A DNA stretch of 64,000 bases from Chrysomallon squamiferum (Eukaryota > Animalia > Mollusca), in contig CM022671.1 in the NCBI GenBank assembly GCA_012295275.1, forward strand, positions 25,296,001-25,360,000, in the 5' to 3' direction. The position numbers and the translations under genes are program-made. Within the stretch, counting starts at the first letter, position 1; every line of letters starts with the position of its first letter. The notes beneath the pieces are model-generated. The model was not told the DNA's origin and searched no databases. It saw only the letters and a program-made list of their open reading frames with translations. Shown piece after piece: positions 17,453 through 30,900 of the stretch.

Positions 17453-19205
17453 AGATAAAAAGGATACAATGCAATCATACAACACAGACAGACAAACAGA
17501 CATCCAATAATACAGAAACATTGAGACAAACACGGAGAGACATTCAGACATCAATATAAACACACATATATGACATAGCCATACATACGTACAAGTTAAC
17601 GGAAGCAAATTATATATGTGTGTACACAAATATATATGGAGGCAAGAATATATATATTCATGCCGTAAATTCATAGACAAAATAAGATAGGAGTTATATA
17701 CTTGGATTTATTTTTTGAGTGATACTAGTGTGTACATATGCACACACACAATAAAAATTATTGAAATTTTGTTTTACTGTGATGAAAGCAAAAACAAACG
17801 AAGAAAAAACAACAACAATACAAAAAATAAAAGAACAACAAAGAAAGAAAGAAAAACTGATGTTAATACCATAATCTATGGATTGCCGTTCATATCGTAA
17901 ATAGGAAATAGATTCTGTTAAAAGCTATCTTGATGCTTAAGGGCATAATTACACTACCATTACTGAGACAATGGGCTGACCTGGGATGACAGTATAACAG
18001 TAATGAGTTTGCCTGTACCTAAAGCATTATCCCGTCAGACCGCACTTTGTTAGAATGAACTGTATCCACCTTTTACTCTGTTAGAACATTGACGATGATT
18101 GAGTTCAGCTGGACTACAGTTTTTGAGATAGAAAACTGAAAATGGTAAAAATCCAGATATATTACTATTTTTAAGTGCACCATGAAATAAAATATATATA
18201 TATCTACAAACCATCTTTCTATTACCACTCACAAACAAGAGTACAGATTATAAATTTATGTATTTTAACTTGTATTTTAATTATAAAAACCGTTTTCCTA
18301 ATTATTACGTGTTATTTGTTAGATAAATCTTATTTTATTTAATAAAAAATAACAACCATAACAACAACAATAAAAGAATTATTTTAATTATTACAGTTAT
18401 CATTTAATAAAAGTACTTTGATATTTTTTCTCAATCATATTATTAAAACTAAAAAAATAAACTAAAATAATAATAAAACCAAAAATTACGAAACACTTGT
18501 TTAGATTACGATAAAAATGATTATTATGACACAGATTATAAAATGTCTGACTTCGATGAAAATCAGAATTTGAAAACACAGTCAATAATGATAATTACAA
18601 GAACTATTATATCGACATCAACATCATCATCATAAACAAGAATAATAATAAACGAAGGCAGAATTTTAAGAGGTTTTGAATGGTGAATAATTTTCGTAAT
18701 ATTACAGCCTTCAAAAACAAAAATCAAGTTTTAAAAAACAGCAGAAACCTTTTTCTAAAATTTGAATTTAGTCTTTAAATCTTACCATTTCAGTTATAAT
18801 ACAGAAATTGTACTTGTAGAGGGAATGCAAATAAAAGAAAAAATAGAAATGAATTATGAGGGGGGGAATCGAAACAAAATGAAAACGCACTATTCATCAA
18901 CATGGAGAAATAAAACAAAGAGAACAGTTAATGTAAATCTATTAGCAAGTTAATCGATATAATCACATTAAAACACTCCAGTTATTTCAGGATATTAACC
19001 GTCAATTACATTGTTATTTCTTTTAAACATCCATAGCCTAACAGCTAGCCATAAAACCTGTTAATGTTGTTATCTGTTGTATATTAGACATAACAAGTTA
19101 ACGAGCACATAAACACTGCGTCTGTGTGCGAATCGTACTGAAAAATGACAACTTAGCTTAAGCACTAAATGGGTTATTTCGGTTATGTATGGTACATTAG
19201 ACAAA

Positions 19206-19238
<33 letters not shown>

Positions 19239-19741
19239 CACAACGAAAATATCAGATGTATAAACAGATTGATACAGAAGATGGTTGCCACATCTTTTTG
19301 AACGTCCATTAAACAACCAAATATATTATATATAATATACACCAAACAATGATCCTGAATAAATCCATGTTGTTACCTGTTCAAAATAGAAAATAATTTT
19401 AATGTAGGAACATTTCTTTAAAATGTGTTATACATTCGTTATCAGTACATTTAATTGTCCATCCTCCGGGTGCATCATTTGTCAGATATATTTATTCATA
19501 TATGAAATATATACCAATAAGCAAAGTTTAAAGCTAATAAATTATACTATGTTTGATGGGTGTTGTTCTGTTACACCGAATAGATCTTGGATTTTTAGAT
19601 GAAGATCTGTCAACTTGAAGACGACTGACCTATTCTCAAATGGAGACGTCATCATTCTACCATGCCTAATTCCGACAATGCTGCAGCTAACTTATTTATT
19701 TAATGGCTGCAGACGAAGTTCTGCTTGTTTTCAAACAGTGT

Positions 19742-21074
19742 TTAAACGTCTGTTTTGAACACCACATCAAGGGTCGTGATATCTTGGAATGACGAGTTCT
19801 CTGTCATGGAATGTCCTGCAAATGTCGATGCAGAAACATTGTCTCTTGGTTTTCGTCTCATCTCACAGAATAGTTTCTTCAGTTCGTTTCGAAATCGCTG
19901 CCCGCTGACGCAGTAGAACAGAAAGTTCGAAGCGTGGTTGGTGTACATGAGGTTGTCGGTGAAGGCGTGGACTAGGAGGTTGATGGCTTTTTCGTGAGGC
20001 GTCTTCGGAATGAGCGCGTACCGCTGCACAATCAGCTGAATGGCGATGGGAGCCGTCAAGACGAGGAAAGCTGACGTGACCAGTATCAACATCGTGGAGA
20101 CCTGATTGTGTTTGGAAGAAGAATGAGACCCCGTGAACGACAGGCGGCGTTTTTCAGCTCGCTTCGTGTATCTGATGATGAGAACGTTGAGAACAAACAG
20201 AGTTGTTAAAGGAATGAAGCAGTATATAGAAGAATCAATCCAGGGGAAAATCTTAGACAGGAAAAACACGTTCATTTCTCCTTCTGTCCAGCATTTGGTT
20301 TGACCTGCAAATAATTATTCAAAAAAAAAAAAATAATAATAATAATAATAAAAAGAAAGAAAGAAACTGAATGAAAGTTCTGTTAACACATTTGAACATA
20401 AATGTTGTGCAAAAATAGAAATTTAAAGAAATGTGTTTACAGAAAATGTTATATCAAATGGTGCATGGTTGTAAATGTCGTGTTAAACTACAGTCAGAAT
20501 TTAAAACAGCAGAAACACATAAACGAAAAACAATAAAGATTCCACTGCTCCAGATACGGATATACTCACAATAGCTGATGGTCAGAATAAATTATATTAA
20601 ATTATAAAACCAGTTAAGAAGTGCATGTTTCCTCTCTGCAGTGTAAATAACTGTTTAATATAATATTTAAATCAAGCATCTTAGTGTTATTTTTTGTTCT
20701 CTTACAGTTATAGTTCATCACGTTCGGTTACTGTTTTAAATTTCATATGCAGTGACCTGTGTTATTTTAAAGATACTGAAATTTATCTTGATGTTGTTAG
20801 TCTTTCTGCGGGTCATAGTTACAAATATAGTCATGCATGTCATTATTTTATTACGTTACGATCCATACTTTCGTATAATAAAGAAAAAAAAAAATTAAGG
20901 TTTAGAATGTAGCAAATATTATATTCCCATTTTTTCATAACGTCACTTCGCAAACAGAATCTCAAAAATTTCTACTGATATTACTACTATTACTACTATT
21001 ACTACTATTCCTACTATTGCTACTACGGCTACTGCTGCTATTATAATTATTATTGTTGCTGTTTGTTGTTGTTG

Positions 21075-21142
<68 letters not shown>

Positions 21143-21962
21143 TCTATGCATATTTTTAAATAAATTGGATCATTCATTCATTTGAATTCAGTTTTAAAAA
21201 AGTTAACTTCTCTTTGTATAATTGAAATATTTTGGGGGTTTAGGGTTGTTTTGGATTTTTTTATCTTTTTATTTATTTATTTATTTGTTGTTGTTGTTTG
21301 GTTTTTGGGGGTTTTTTTTGTTTGTTTGTTGTTGTTTTTTTTGTAGTCTGTGAAAACATACCTGTAACGGGATTTGTTACCATGGACCGGATGAAGAGAG
21401 AGTGCAGATTGATGCCAAACGACATGAGGCCCACTCCTCCGATGACAAGAATGGTTTGTTTCGTTCCAACAAGACGCTGTGACTGCAGCGGAAAGCGAAC
21501 TACGATGTATCTCTCCACCGTCATTGCGACGAGCACCAGAACGTCAAAATGGATGACAAAAAAGAACATGAAGTATATAAAAGCACATGTGTTGTCGTTA
21601 ACCAGTTGTAGATCGGTGTACGTATTGAGGAAAAAAGTTAAGCACAGTAGCAACACGAGTGTATCCAAAACCTCTATGGTAGCAAGGTATAAACATGTGG
21701 TGCTCTCTCTGAAGGAGGAAAGTAAGAGAACGAAAATGGACGTAACGTTTCCAATGATTCCGAGAACTATAATAACTGGTAGGTAAATCAGATCTATCTT
21801 CTGCGCAATAATGAGCTCGATGTAATTTTCAGGACGGTCGTCAGTTGAAGTGGATTCTTTCGACATCGTCGTAGTTGTGGTCCATGTCGTAGAAAAACCC
21901 AGAGATGATTCTGAAGCGTTGTCCAAGTTTGTGAAAACATCTTCTAAAACTGTGGTAGCCAT
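19742..21962 (-). CDS. Orphan rhodopsin-like (class A) peptide GPCR, FMRFamide/sex-peptide-receptor-like group, 387 aa
   Basis: Coding exons 21962-21362 and 20304-19742 joined by a phase-1 GT-AG intron (1164 nt). Seven hydrophobic segments, TM1 GIIGN, TM2 D, TM3 Cys and TVERY..FPL, ECL2 Cys (QTKCW), TM5 CFIP, TM6 FLVLTAP, TM7 NHASNFLFY (NFxxY variant typical of this invertebrate clade), and an S/T-rich N-terminus with an N-glycosylation sequon (NAS). Confidence 0.92.
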
Positions 21963-23040
21963 ACTGCAGATAACATATTCTGATCAGATAATGTTCTTTT
22001 CTTTTCTTTCTTTCTTTCCTTTTTTTTATTTATTTATTTATTTATTTATTATTTTGTTGGTTATGGTGGTGGTTTATTGTTTCTTCATGTTTAAACATTA
22101 AAACAATCGTTAAGACAATAACTTTGAATAAAAGAATCATTGGCTGTTGTTTGTGTTGTTTTGCTTTTGTTGTTGTTGTTTTTTTATTGTTTATTATTAT
22201 TATTATTTTTTATTATTATTATTATTATTATTGCGTTAAATCTCTCAGTTTGATAGTTAACGAACGATTTTACTTTGGTGGTTCAGACGTCTGAGAAAAA
22301 GTTCATGGAAGAAAGATGTTAACCGTAATATGATTTAGACTTCAAACAATATTTTATAAATGATTCTAAAAGATTCAGTTAAAAATTAAAATTTCTAAAT
22401 TACTACTTGAAAATGTAAAATAAAATAAAAAATTTTAAAAATGAGGAAAATATATAAAACAACAACAACAAGCGAATTTATGAACCAAAATCCCTATACT
22501 TTATCAAACTCACAGCCTTGACATAACTTACCTTCTGCCACTAAGAATTTGAAGCTTATATAATTAAAATCGGCTAACAGCTGTGGAATAAATATGTATA
22601 TACCATTGTCTCGTGGCCAATTACAGGACAGAATCACAGACCATTCTGGACTGATTCTAGGAGTTTGGTTCCATGCACTTAATACTTTATGTACAATATA
22701 CGTATTGATTTGCGTCTGATCAGACAGTCCTATCTTCAGTAAACGTAATTAGCTAATTGACAAAATATTGTTTTTCTCGGTGTAATGTTCCGTTCGTTTA
22801 CTTTTTTCAGGAATCGTAAACTGAGGCTGTGGAACTAAAAGATTTGGAGATAATGTTGGTTTTTCGTTTTTTCTTTTCTTTTAAAAAAAAAAAATAAAAT
22901 TAAAAAAAAGATAATAAAACACTTTTGTTTATTTTATAACCACTACTGTGGTCATTATTATAAAAGATTTTTTGTTGTTGAAATGAAGTGTGTTTAGCTT
23001 TTAGGTATTTATATATATATCAAAAAGATCAAAATATATC

Positions 23041-23077
<37 letters not shown>

Positions 23078-23126
23078 GACAAATTAATATTATTATTTTA
23101 TTTGTTATTAAAGTTTGTTTGTTTGT

Positions 23127-23169
<43 letters not shown>

Positions 23170-23974
23170 TTATTTTTATTATATTTTATAAATGTAATAG
23201 TGAATATTAAAATAACTTTTCTACAATATATTTTGAAAAAATTCTGAATCTCTATAGAATTTTTTTGCCTTAAAATAATTTGGTTAAAAATCGTTTAGTC
23301 TCTCATTTGTAACTATTAAGAAAAGGAACAACGAATGACGTGTGTGTGTTTTATATAATTATTGGTAAGAACGTCAGAGAAAGCCGCTGTCGCTTACGGG
23401 GTTTTTGCTTAAAACCAATTAATTTTGTTTTGTATGCTTCTTCTCATTAGAGAGGAAGAAAATTCAGTCGACAATGGATTCATTTTTCTCTGTGCTACCA
23501 ATTGGCTATTTCCCGATATAACCAATGCTCCCTGACTGGTTCGTTAAAGGTCAAGGCATGTGCATTCCTCTCTAACGAGAAGGTGGATACAAAAACAAAA
23601 TTAATACCACCGAATTATATCCCGCTTGAATGTGTAAGCTGTCGTATCAAGATAAAAAGACACAGTAAATACGCTGTAATTATTACATTGATGAAATAAT
23701 CATACATTGCTCGTCTTTTTCTTTCTGTCTGTCTTTGTTTCTACATCTATCTAGCAAACTGTCTCTGAATTCTTTCTTTTTCCCTCTGTTTTTGTAGAGC
23801 GTTTTATCATTTTATGTGTCTGTATGTATAAATGTATCTATCTGTATGCATGTTTGTCTTTCTGTCTTTCTGTCTGTTTGTCTGATTATCTACCTATCTA
23901 TCTATATATCTATCTATCTATCTATCTCTATAAAGATATAATATTTTATAATTTCAAAATAAGAATGAACGTAC

Positions 23975-24310
23975 AACATTTTTTAGTTATTCTACTGTTT
24001 TGTAAACATGTTTGATTAATTTAATGTAGCTTTTGTCTTCTGTAACTTTTGTTCAGAAAGTGAAGCAACGTCGCTGATCGGTGCATACTATAGAGCTTTG
24101 AATCGTTTTATATGTATGTGTGTATGTATGAATGTATCTAACAATCTGTCTCTATGTATATATATATGTCTTTCAGTTTTTCAGATAGTACAAAAATATT
24201 TAGTTATTCTACTGTTTTGTAGAAATATTTTTGATTACTTACTGTAAATAATTTATGGTAGGTTTTGTTCAAAAACTGAAGATATCTCTGATCAGTGCGT
24301 TCTGTAGACA
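23975..24310. repeat. Diverged local direct duplication (two ~110-bp copies about 220 bp apart)
   Basis: tttagttattctactgttttgta...ttttgttca.aaa.tgaag...ctgatc.gtgc occurs at about 23980-24095 and 24198-24308. Confidence 0.7.
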
Positions 24311-25400
24311 AAATAACAACAAATCGAAGATATTTTTATAAAGCTCTACTATCACTATCATTCGGCATTTAGATCTCTTATGATTATAGTTCAGTTTAAA
24401 CATACTCTTCTGTAAAATTTAACTATGAAAACAAAATCAATTTCTCCATTCGGAAGCTGTAAGTTTGGCTACATTAGATATAAAACATTTCATAACATCA
24501 GCCAGTAAGTATTTCCTGAACGTAAGCAATAAATGCTAATTTTAGAAAAAGCGCATTTTATTGAAACTGTTTCTTAATCCTAATGCAGGAAGGTAAAAGT
24601 TTTCAAACAGATAGTTTACATTTTACGGTTAAATTTATATATGTGAAATGTCTGAAATAACAACAAAAACGAAATAAAGAAAGAAAAGAAAGGGGGAAAA
24701 AGGTCTGATTTTAAACTATACTAAAACTTACCTTTGAGGGATAATAAAAAGTGATGTAAATACATTCTGTATCCGTCGAAGAAATATTTACAAACGAACA
24801 ATATTTGCTAATAATAAAATATGACGACAAAATTATGATTATTCTAAACTTCTGCTGACGAGATTTGAATCATTAAACTTCTGTCATAGTCTGGCGTGTT
24901 TTCAATAGCAAATGTTTTATATACTTATCTTTGAACAATAATAGCTGCTGCTTTTTGCAGTAATATATTATTCATTTTTTAATACTGAGATGACATTTGA
25001 AAAATGGACACATAATAATACATCTGACGTAACCAACGAACGTTAAAGTTTCTTCCTACTGAGCTCATCATATGTCGTTAATGATAAAATAAAAAATATT
25101 AATGTCCTTAGAGACGACATTTTAATTATAAATCTACTTTATCGTGAAATTCGCGGTGCTTCATTATCAGAAAACAACTGAAACTGCATTAACATTTCAG
25201 ACGAACTGTTGTTTTGGACGTACATAACAGTACTTCACGGTTTATTAATTAGCTATGATAGTTTGTTTTGTCGTGTAAAAAGACAATTAATCTTTTTATC
25301 AAAGATAGAGATTTACAAACATCATGCGGCACCCATATATACCAGCTTTATTGGTTACTTACAAAACCTGAATTATATAATGACGTTTAAGTTGCATTTA

Positions 25401-25996
25401 CCGTATATACTTGTGTATAAGTCGAATTTTTGGGAGACTATATTAAGGTAATATTTCGGGGGTCGACTTATACATAGGTAATGCTTTTGTAGCTGTTGCT
25501 GAAGAGTCGCCATTTTGACTATATTTTGCTACGGGATGCATCTAAAATAATCGCGGTCTTTCAGCTTTTCAAAAATATAATTTTATCGTATAAAAGAATT
25601 TGAAAAATTAAATAACAAAACCAAATATGAATGTAAAACATGATATTCTTCCGTTTAATGACATAAAAATACATTTTAAAGCGAAAAAACCGTCAGTACG
25701 GCGTTATGCCTTACGGCGTCTTGCAATGATCTAGGAATGCAGACTTCTCTGCCAAATTGCACTAAATATCGGTCCTAATTTCATAAACAAAACTCACTTG
25801 TGTAATTGTAAAGAATTTGGTGAAATAATATTGCAATCGTCATTAATATCCACTACCGACAAATCGAAAACAAAGTGACGGTGCCTGGAATCTACAGTCG
25901 ACTTGTACACAAGTAATACCTAAAATGACGCAATTTTTGGTCTTAAAATACACATCGACTTATACACAAGGTCGCCTTGTACACAAGTATATACGG
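25401..25996. mobile_element. Non-autonomous Tc1/mariner-superfamily (pogo/Tc2-like) MITE, 596 bp
   Basis: 25-bp TIRs CCGTATATACTTGTGTATAAGTCGA / reverse complement CCGTATATACTTGTGTACAAGGCGA (2 mismatches). TA target-site duplication at 25399-400 and 25997-98. Internal TCGACTTRTACA repeats; no ORF. Confidence 0.9.
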
Positions 25997-26864
25997 TACT
26001 TTATTTGTATAAGGTGAATGTTTCGTGGATTTTTAACAACCTTGACGGTTTTATCTTATTTATAAAGTAAAAGAAATATCAGTAAATTTTAAAATATATT
26101 TATTTCTTGGACAAAATAAAAGCATTCTCGTGGTAAGAAATAGATTGTATATATAAAAATCTATCTTTGTTTCGAATGTTTCTTTAATGTGATATGATTA
26201 ACGAGGTTATCTGTTAGTTAAATTGAAGTATTACATTTATGTATTTGATTTTGCAGAAACAGTTACTGATAATAAATAATAAAAACAACAACAAATTGAA
26301 CTTGAATATTATGAAAAAGAATTAAGTTTTTGTATCAATGCTAGTATATTTTATTTTTCCGAATACAAACTATTACATTTCACGAATTAAACATACAGAG
26401 ACGCACAACCATTCTCAGCATACTCAGGCGCACGTGCACACGTACTAAAATACTTAGTAATGCATTTAGTAACAAAACGAACGGGTTCAGAATCCAAGGG
26501 AGACAAATGTTATCAGCATACTGTATAGATAAGGAAGGGTTGCTTCTCTTTGTTTCTATTTATATTCGAAAGTAAGTCCAGCATCTTTTATTCACAGTGT
26601 ACTTTGAATAAGCATCTATTAATTTCTTAAAAACAGCTAATAATATTCAGTCACATGTGAATACCCTGTGCATTACTACTGATCAAAACTTTATTAGCGA
26701 ATGAAGAGTACTAAACTTAGGAGCTATTTTCTTTTTGCCTTTATGCTGGGAAGCAGAATTCGTGGTATTTAATAGATTTTCTGACGTAATAACGAAAGTC
26801 AACAGATTTAAGATATTGGCGATTTTGTACACATATAATTATACTCCGGGATTTATACGTCAGT

Positions 26865-26915
<51 letters not shown>

Positions 26916-27006
26916 TTGATAGGCATACATATTTATATTCATACACACACACACATATATGCATACATACATACATACATACATACACAGAATTGTTCTG
27001 TCGCCG

Positions 27007-27027
27007 TGACGTCATCGCCTATATAAA
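27007..27027 (+). promoter_or_regulatory. Full CRE (TGACGTCA) followed by TATA box (TATATAAA)
   Basis: TGACGTCA 27007-27014 and TATATAAA 27020-27027 in a locally CpG-rich patch; target transcript uncertain. Confidence 0.4.
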
Positions 27028-27958
27028 TGACCAGTTTGCTCTGATTTCTTCTCGAGTTGCCGGTGCTTGAATGCTCTGTAACAGTATTGTTATATTATCA
27101 TACTTTGTTGTTAATGCTTACAGCAAACTCAAACCGAATTATATAAATGTAATAAATAAGTTGTAAGAATGAAGAATTTACACTTTTTGAACAGTTTATA
27201 TCTCATAGCCATAAAGCTATATTTTGAAATACATTACTTCTTTGATACAAAATAACATCCATCAATGAACTCGATGCGTTTGAATTTGTTTTTATGAGAA
27301 AGCCGTGATGCTTGCTGTGACAATGCCCGTCCATGACGATTTTTGTTTGTTGTGGGTTCTGGTGTGGTGCATGTGAATAAGATTGTAAACATGTTTTTAA
27401 TCGAAAATCAGAAGACACCAAATGTTTTCTTAATGTTTTTCATTAAAGCTTCATGGATTAAAAACATGTATTTAAAACATTCCTTAGTAACAGAATATTT
27501 ATACACCTTGTTTATTGTGAGTCTTTGTCTGCAGATAACAAAATAATAACAACATATCTCTGTGCACCAAAATTTCTAAATGGTTGGACAGAACTAAAGA
27601 GGGTGCTCTGTCATAAAAAAAGGAATTGTAAAAACGTTTCATAATGGCAGCCGCCATGGTCCTTGTGGTGTTCATTTGTTAGATTTGCACATGTATGAAA
27701 GGAATGAAAATATCGATTTGGAATGCTGTTTAATGATTAGTTTCGACCTATGGATGTTAGAAGCTTAATAAAATGTGACTGTCACAGCAATCAGATGCTG
27801 ATTTTAATACAAGGTAACAAAGTGAAAATCCAGTATAATGAGTATTCACGAATGACAAATGCTGAAATGACGAAATATTGAAATAGTGAATACGACAGAC
27901 CGCAAAGTTGGTAGAGGCTGTGGGGGAACTGGGATCTCAATCTTGTAATAACAAAATA

Positions 27959-30900
27959 ATGAATAATCTTTATCAAAAGACCTTTTGTATGAGATGTTCG
28001 TCTTCAGCCGGTCTGAAGCGTGGGACGTTTCCTAGTTATAATCATGGACTTTCAGGAAAAGGCAAGGTGAACAGGTAATTAAAATTTTAAATTATTACAT
28101 AATTATGCCCTTCGTTCATCGCTGAAAAAAAAATGTTTTAATACACAGTGTTACACGTGTATGCCGAAGCAGAAATTAGATATTAGTCAGGAGGGAAGCA
28201 GAGGATTATGCAAACCACATTTCTGAAATTATAGAAGTTTTAGAAAAGACCTACTGTTAATACAGTTATTTCAAAAAAGATTGCTCATGTCAGGAAATCA
28301 GACAGGAATTGACTATCAATCTTTCAAATTCAATGTTTAATTGAGGTGCAACATATAATGCTGCTCTTTGGATAATTAATTCTGTTTGGAATAAGACTAA
28401 ATCAGATGAAATGCCATCTTCATCAACTCAATTCAATCATCACTCCTTGCTGTACTGCCACAGAAACTTGGAGGCTGGTTGGAAGAACAATGACAAGGTG
28501 ATTGCTTAGCTGCTAAAATAATTCTTGCCATAACCAAAATGCAGTACAAAGATGGGAAGAGTGACCCTCAGAACATTGTCACTTTTCTGGATCAACAAAA
28601 GTTGCCAAGGGGATTAATCCCCCATTACTGAGAAAATCAAGTGTGTGTGTTTTCATACTGCCAAAGCACTGATAGAACAATACAAGACAGTAACAGAGCT
28701 CTTTGTCCTGGTGTCAGTATCGACTTTGGAAATGAAATCTGTAAAACTGAACTGCAATTTCTAGGATTCCTTGCGAATTATTTATTCCTCAGATGAGGAA
28801 GGTTTACACTTTAGCAGAAATGGAAATGGAAATGGAAATGTGGAAGGCATCAAGGCTGTCAAGAATGTCATTGTAAATCTCTGTCACATACTCCAGCATC
28901 ATCAGCTGCTACTGTCAGCTTCCACTGATCTGTTTGGTGACCCACTGAAGCTGGACATTACACTCAAGTCGCTTAGTGCATTGACTCCTCACAAAAGTTC
29001 CAGGATATGTGTCAGCTTGTGTTTTCTTCATAATAGTCAGCTATTTCAGTGCTGGAGCAGCAGAACAGTAGATATTACAGCATTAAAATTACAAATTAAA
29101 AGTGAGGGAAGAAACAGCTTTAACCCATCTCAGGATGTTCAGTGCTGCAAAAACAAAAGCTGTAAATGCTTCTTATTTTCACATATGGATGCTTTCAAAA
29201 ATCAAGAAGCAGCAGAGCAGGGATGACTCAGAAAGTATAAGGATGGAGGAGTTGCTCAAGGACAAAGGTCACAATGCAGACCAAACAGCATATCCAGATC
29301 TTGACTATTCTCAGTCAGAAAGAAGTCATGAGATGCTGGATGGAAAAGTAGCAGGGAAAATGCTCTGTCGCATGTGGTCCCTTGACCTGGAAGGATGGAA
29401 TCATCTGAAAGGAGTACAAGAACAAGGATTACAAGGTTTTTTACTGGGCCTAAGAAGAGGGAAATGACACACAGATTTTAGTGTAATCCCTTGCTATTGA
29501 TCTGTTGCATGTGGAGAAGTTTTCTGACTATAATTAATCAGAGTAAGAAACTGCTAAATGAGTGGTAAACGGTTGATATCTTGAAACCTTTGTATGTTTC
29601 TTGGACTGACTACCAGTGCCTACTGTCCTAAAAATTCATTTTTACAAAGAATGAAAACTGACATTGAATTTGTTGCATATGTCAATTAGTTTATTTATTA
29701 TCTATAATTATCAAATAATTAATTAACTAAATGTGAGATGAATATCTCAGATGTGCCATTGGCTTAACCACATCAGTGCTTATTTGCATCTGAAGTTTCA
29801 GGACATTATCAAGAAATAAGGAATATAAGACAAATAGTGTCTCAGTTTCCCTCATTAGCAATCATGCATTTTGTATTTCTTTAAGTCTAACAGAATTTTT
29901 TTCTTGGGGGGGGAACAATAAAATTGTCATATCTTCCTTGTTTCTAAACCTTTTTTCATCATCTTGGTATTTTTTTTTTTTTTTTTTTTTTTTTTATGCT
30001 TTATCCATTGAAGTAACAAAAATCATCTTTGATACTTTTTTTTTTTTTGCCACATACCTGTATCAGATGTCAAGGAGAACTGCAAGTCTCAAGCAGATTA
30101 TTCATTAAAAGTATATATATATATATATATATATATAATTACATTTTACTATCAATTATTATTTCCTTTATGTATAATGATGCAGTTATGAAAGAAAACC
30201 CACCATGGATTTTTTGGAAACAAATAATCTAGAAATATAAGTAGAAATGATTATTCCTATATCCTACCACAGTTGTAATCTAACTGCATATATTCCATTT
30301 TACCATTTTATTCAGTAAGATATATACTACTGTATGTGCTTTTACATGCAGAAGCTTGAAAATATATTTGCAGAAACCAGTATAATATGTTGTCACTTTC
30401 AGAATATTTGTAATAAAACTGAAAAAAAAAAAAATATTATTTTATTTCAGAGCTTTCTCCCCAGAGCCTGTTTTATACCAACCAAAGGGAGAGATATTAT
30501 TTGGCATCCACCCAGTATCATTAGCTCTTCAGGCAAAGAAAAGAGAGAAATTTAACAGGCTTTTTATCAAAACAAACAGTGCAGATAATGAAAATCTGGA
30601 AAGGATTGTACAGCTGGCTTCAGAAGAAAAAGTTGAAGTCAGTGAAGTGAAATCAAACATATTAGACTCTTTATCTGGTGCTAGGCCTCATCAGGTGAAA
30701 CGTTTCAAAACTTATTTCTTTATAATGGATGTAATTTTTATATGATCTTGGGTTTGTTTTTAACTGTGTATGTCTGTGTTGCATTTCTTAAAAATGTTTC
30801 AACATTTTTTTTCAATCTTCCAATTCCATGTAACAATAATGTACTAGTTTGATTACTTTCATTACTTTTGGTTTTGGATTGGTGTATTCTTATTTTAATT

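Noticed and set aside
21298-21786. 162-aa plus-strand ORF
   Set aside because: Antisense shadow of the GPCR coding exon.
19742-21962. Calling the GPCR a prokineticin receptor because of its neighbours
   Set aside because: It lacks the NPY/tachykinin-receptor-like features of prokineticin receptors; its motifs fit the FMRFamide/sex-peptide-receptor-like group. No gene symbol assigned.
30067-30110. Candidate extra MRM1 exon (cag|ATGTCAAGG...AAAA|gt)
   Set aside because: 44 nt, so it cannot be inserted in frame between the phase-2 junctions 28074 and 30451; weak donor.
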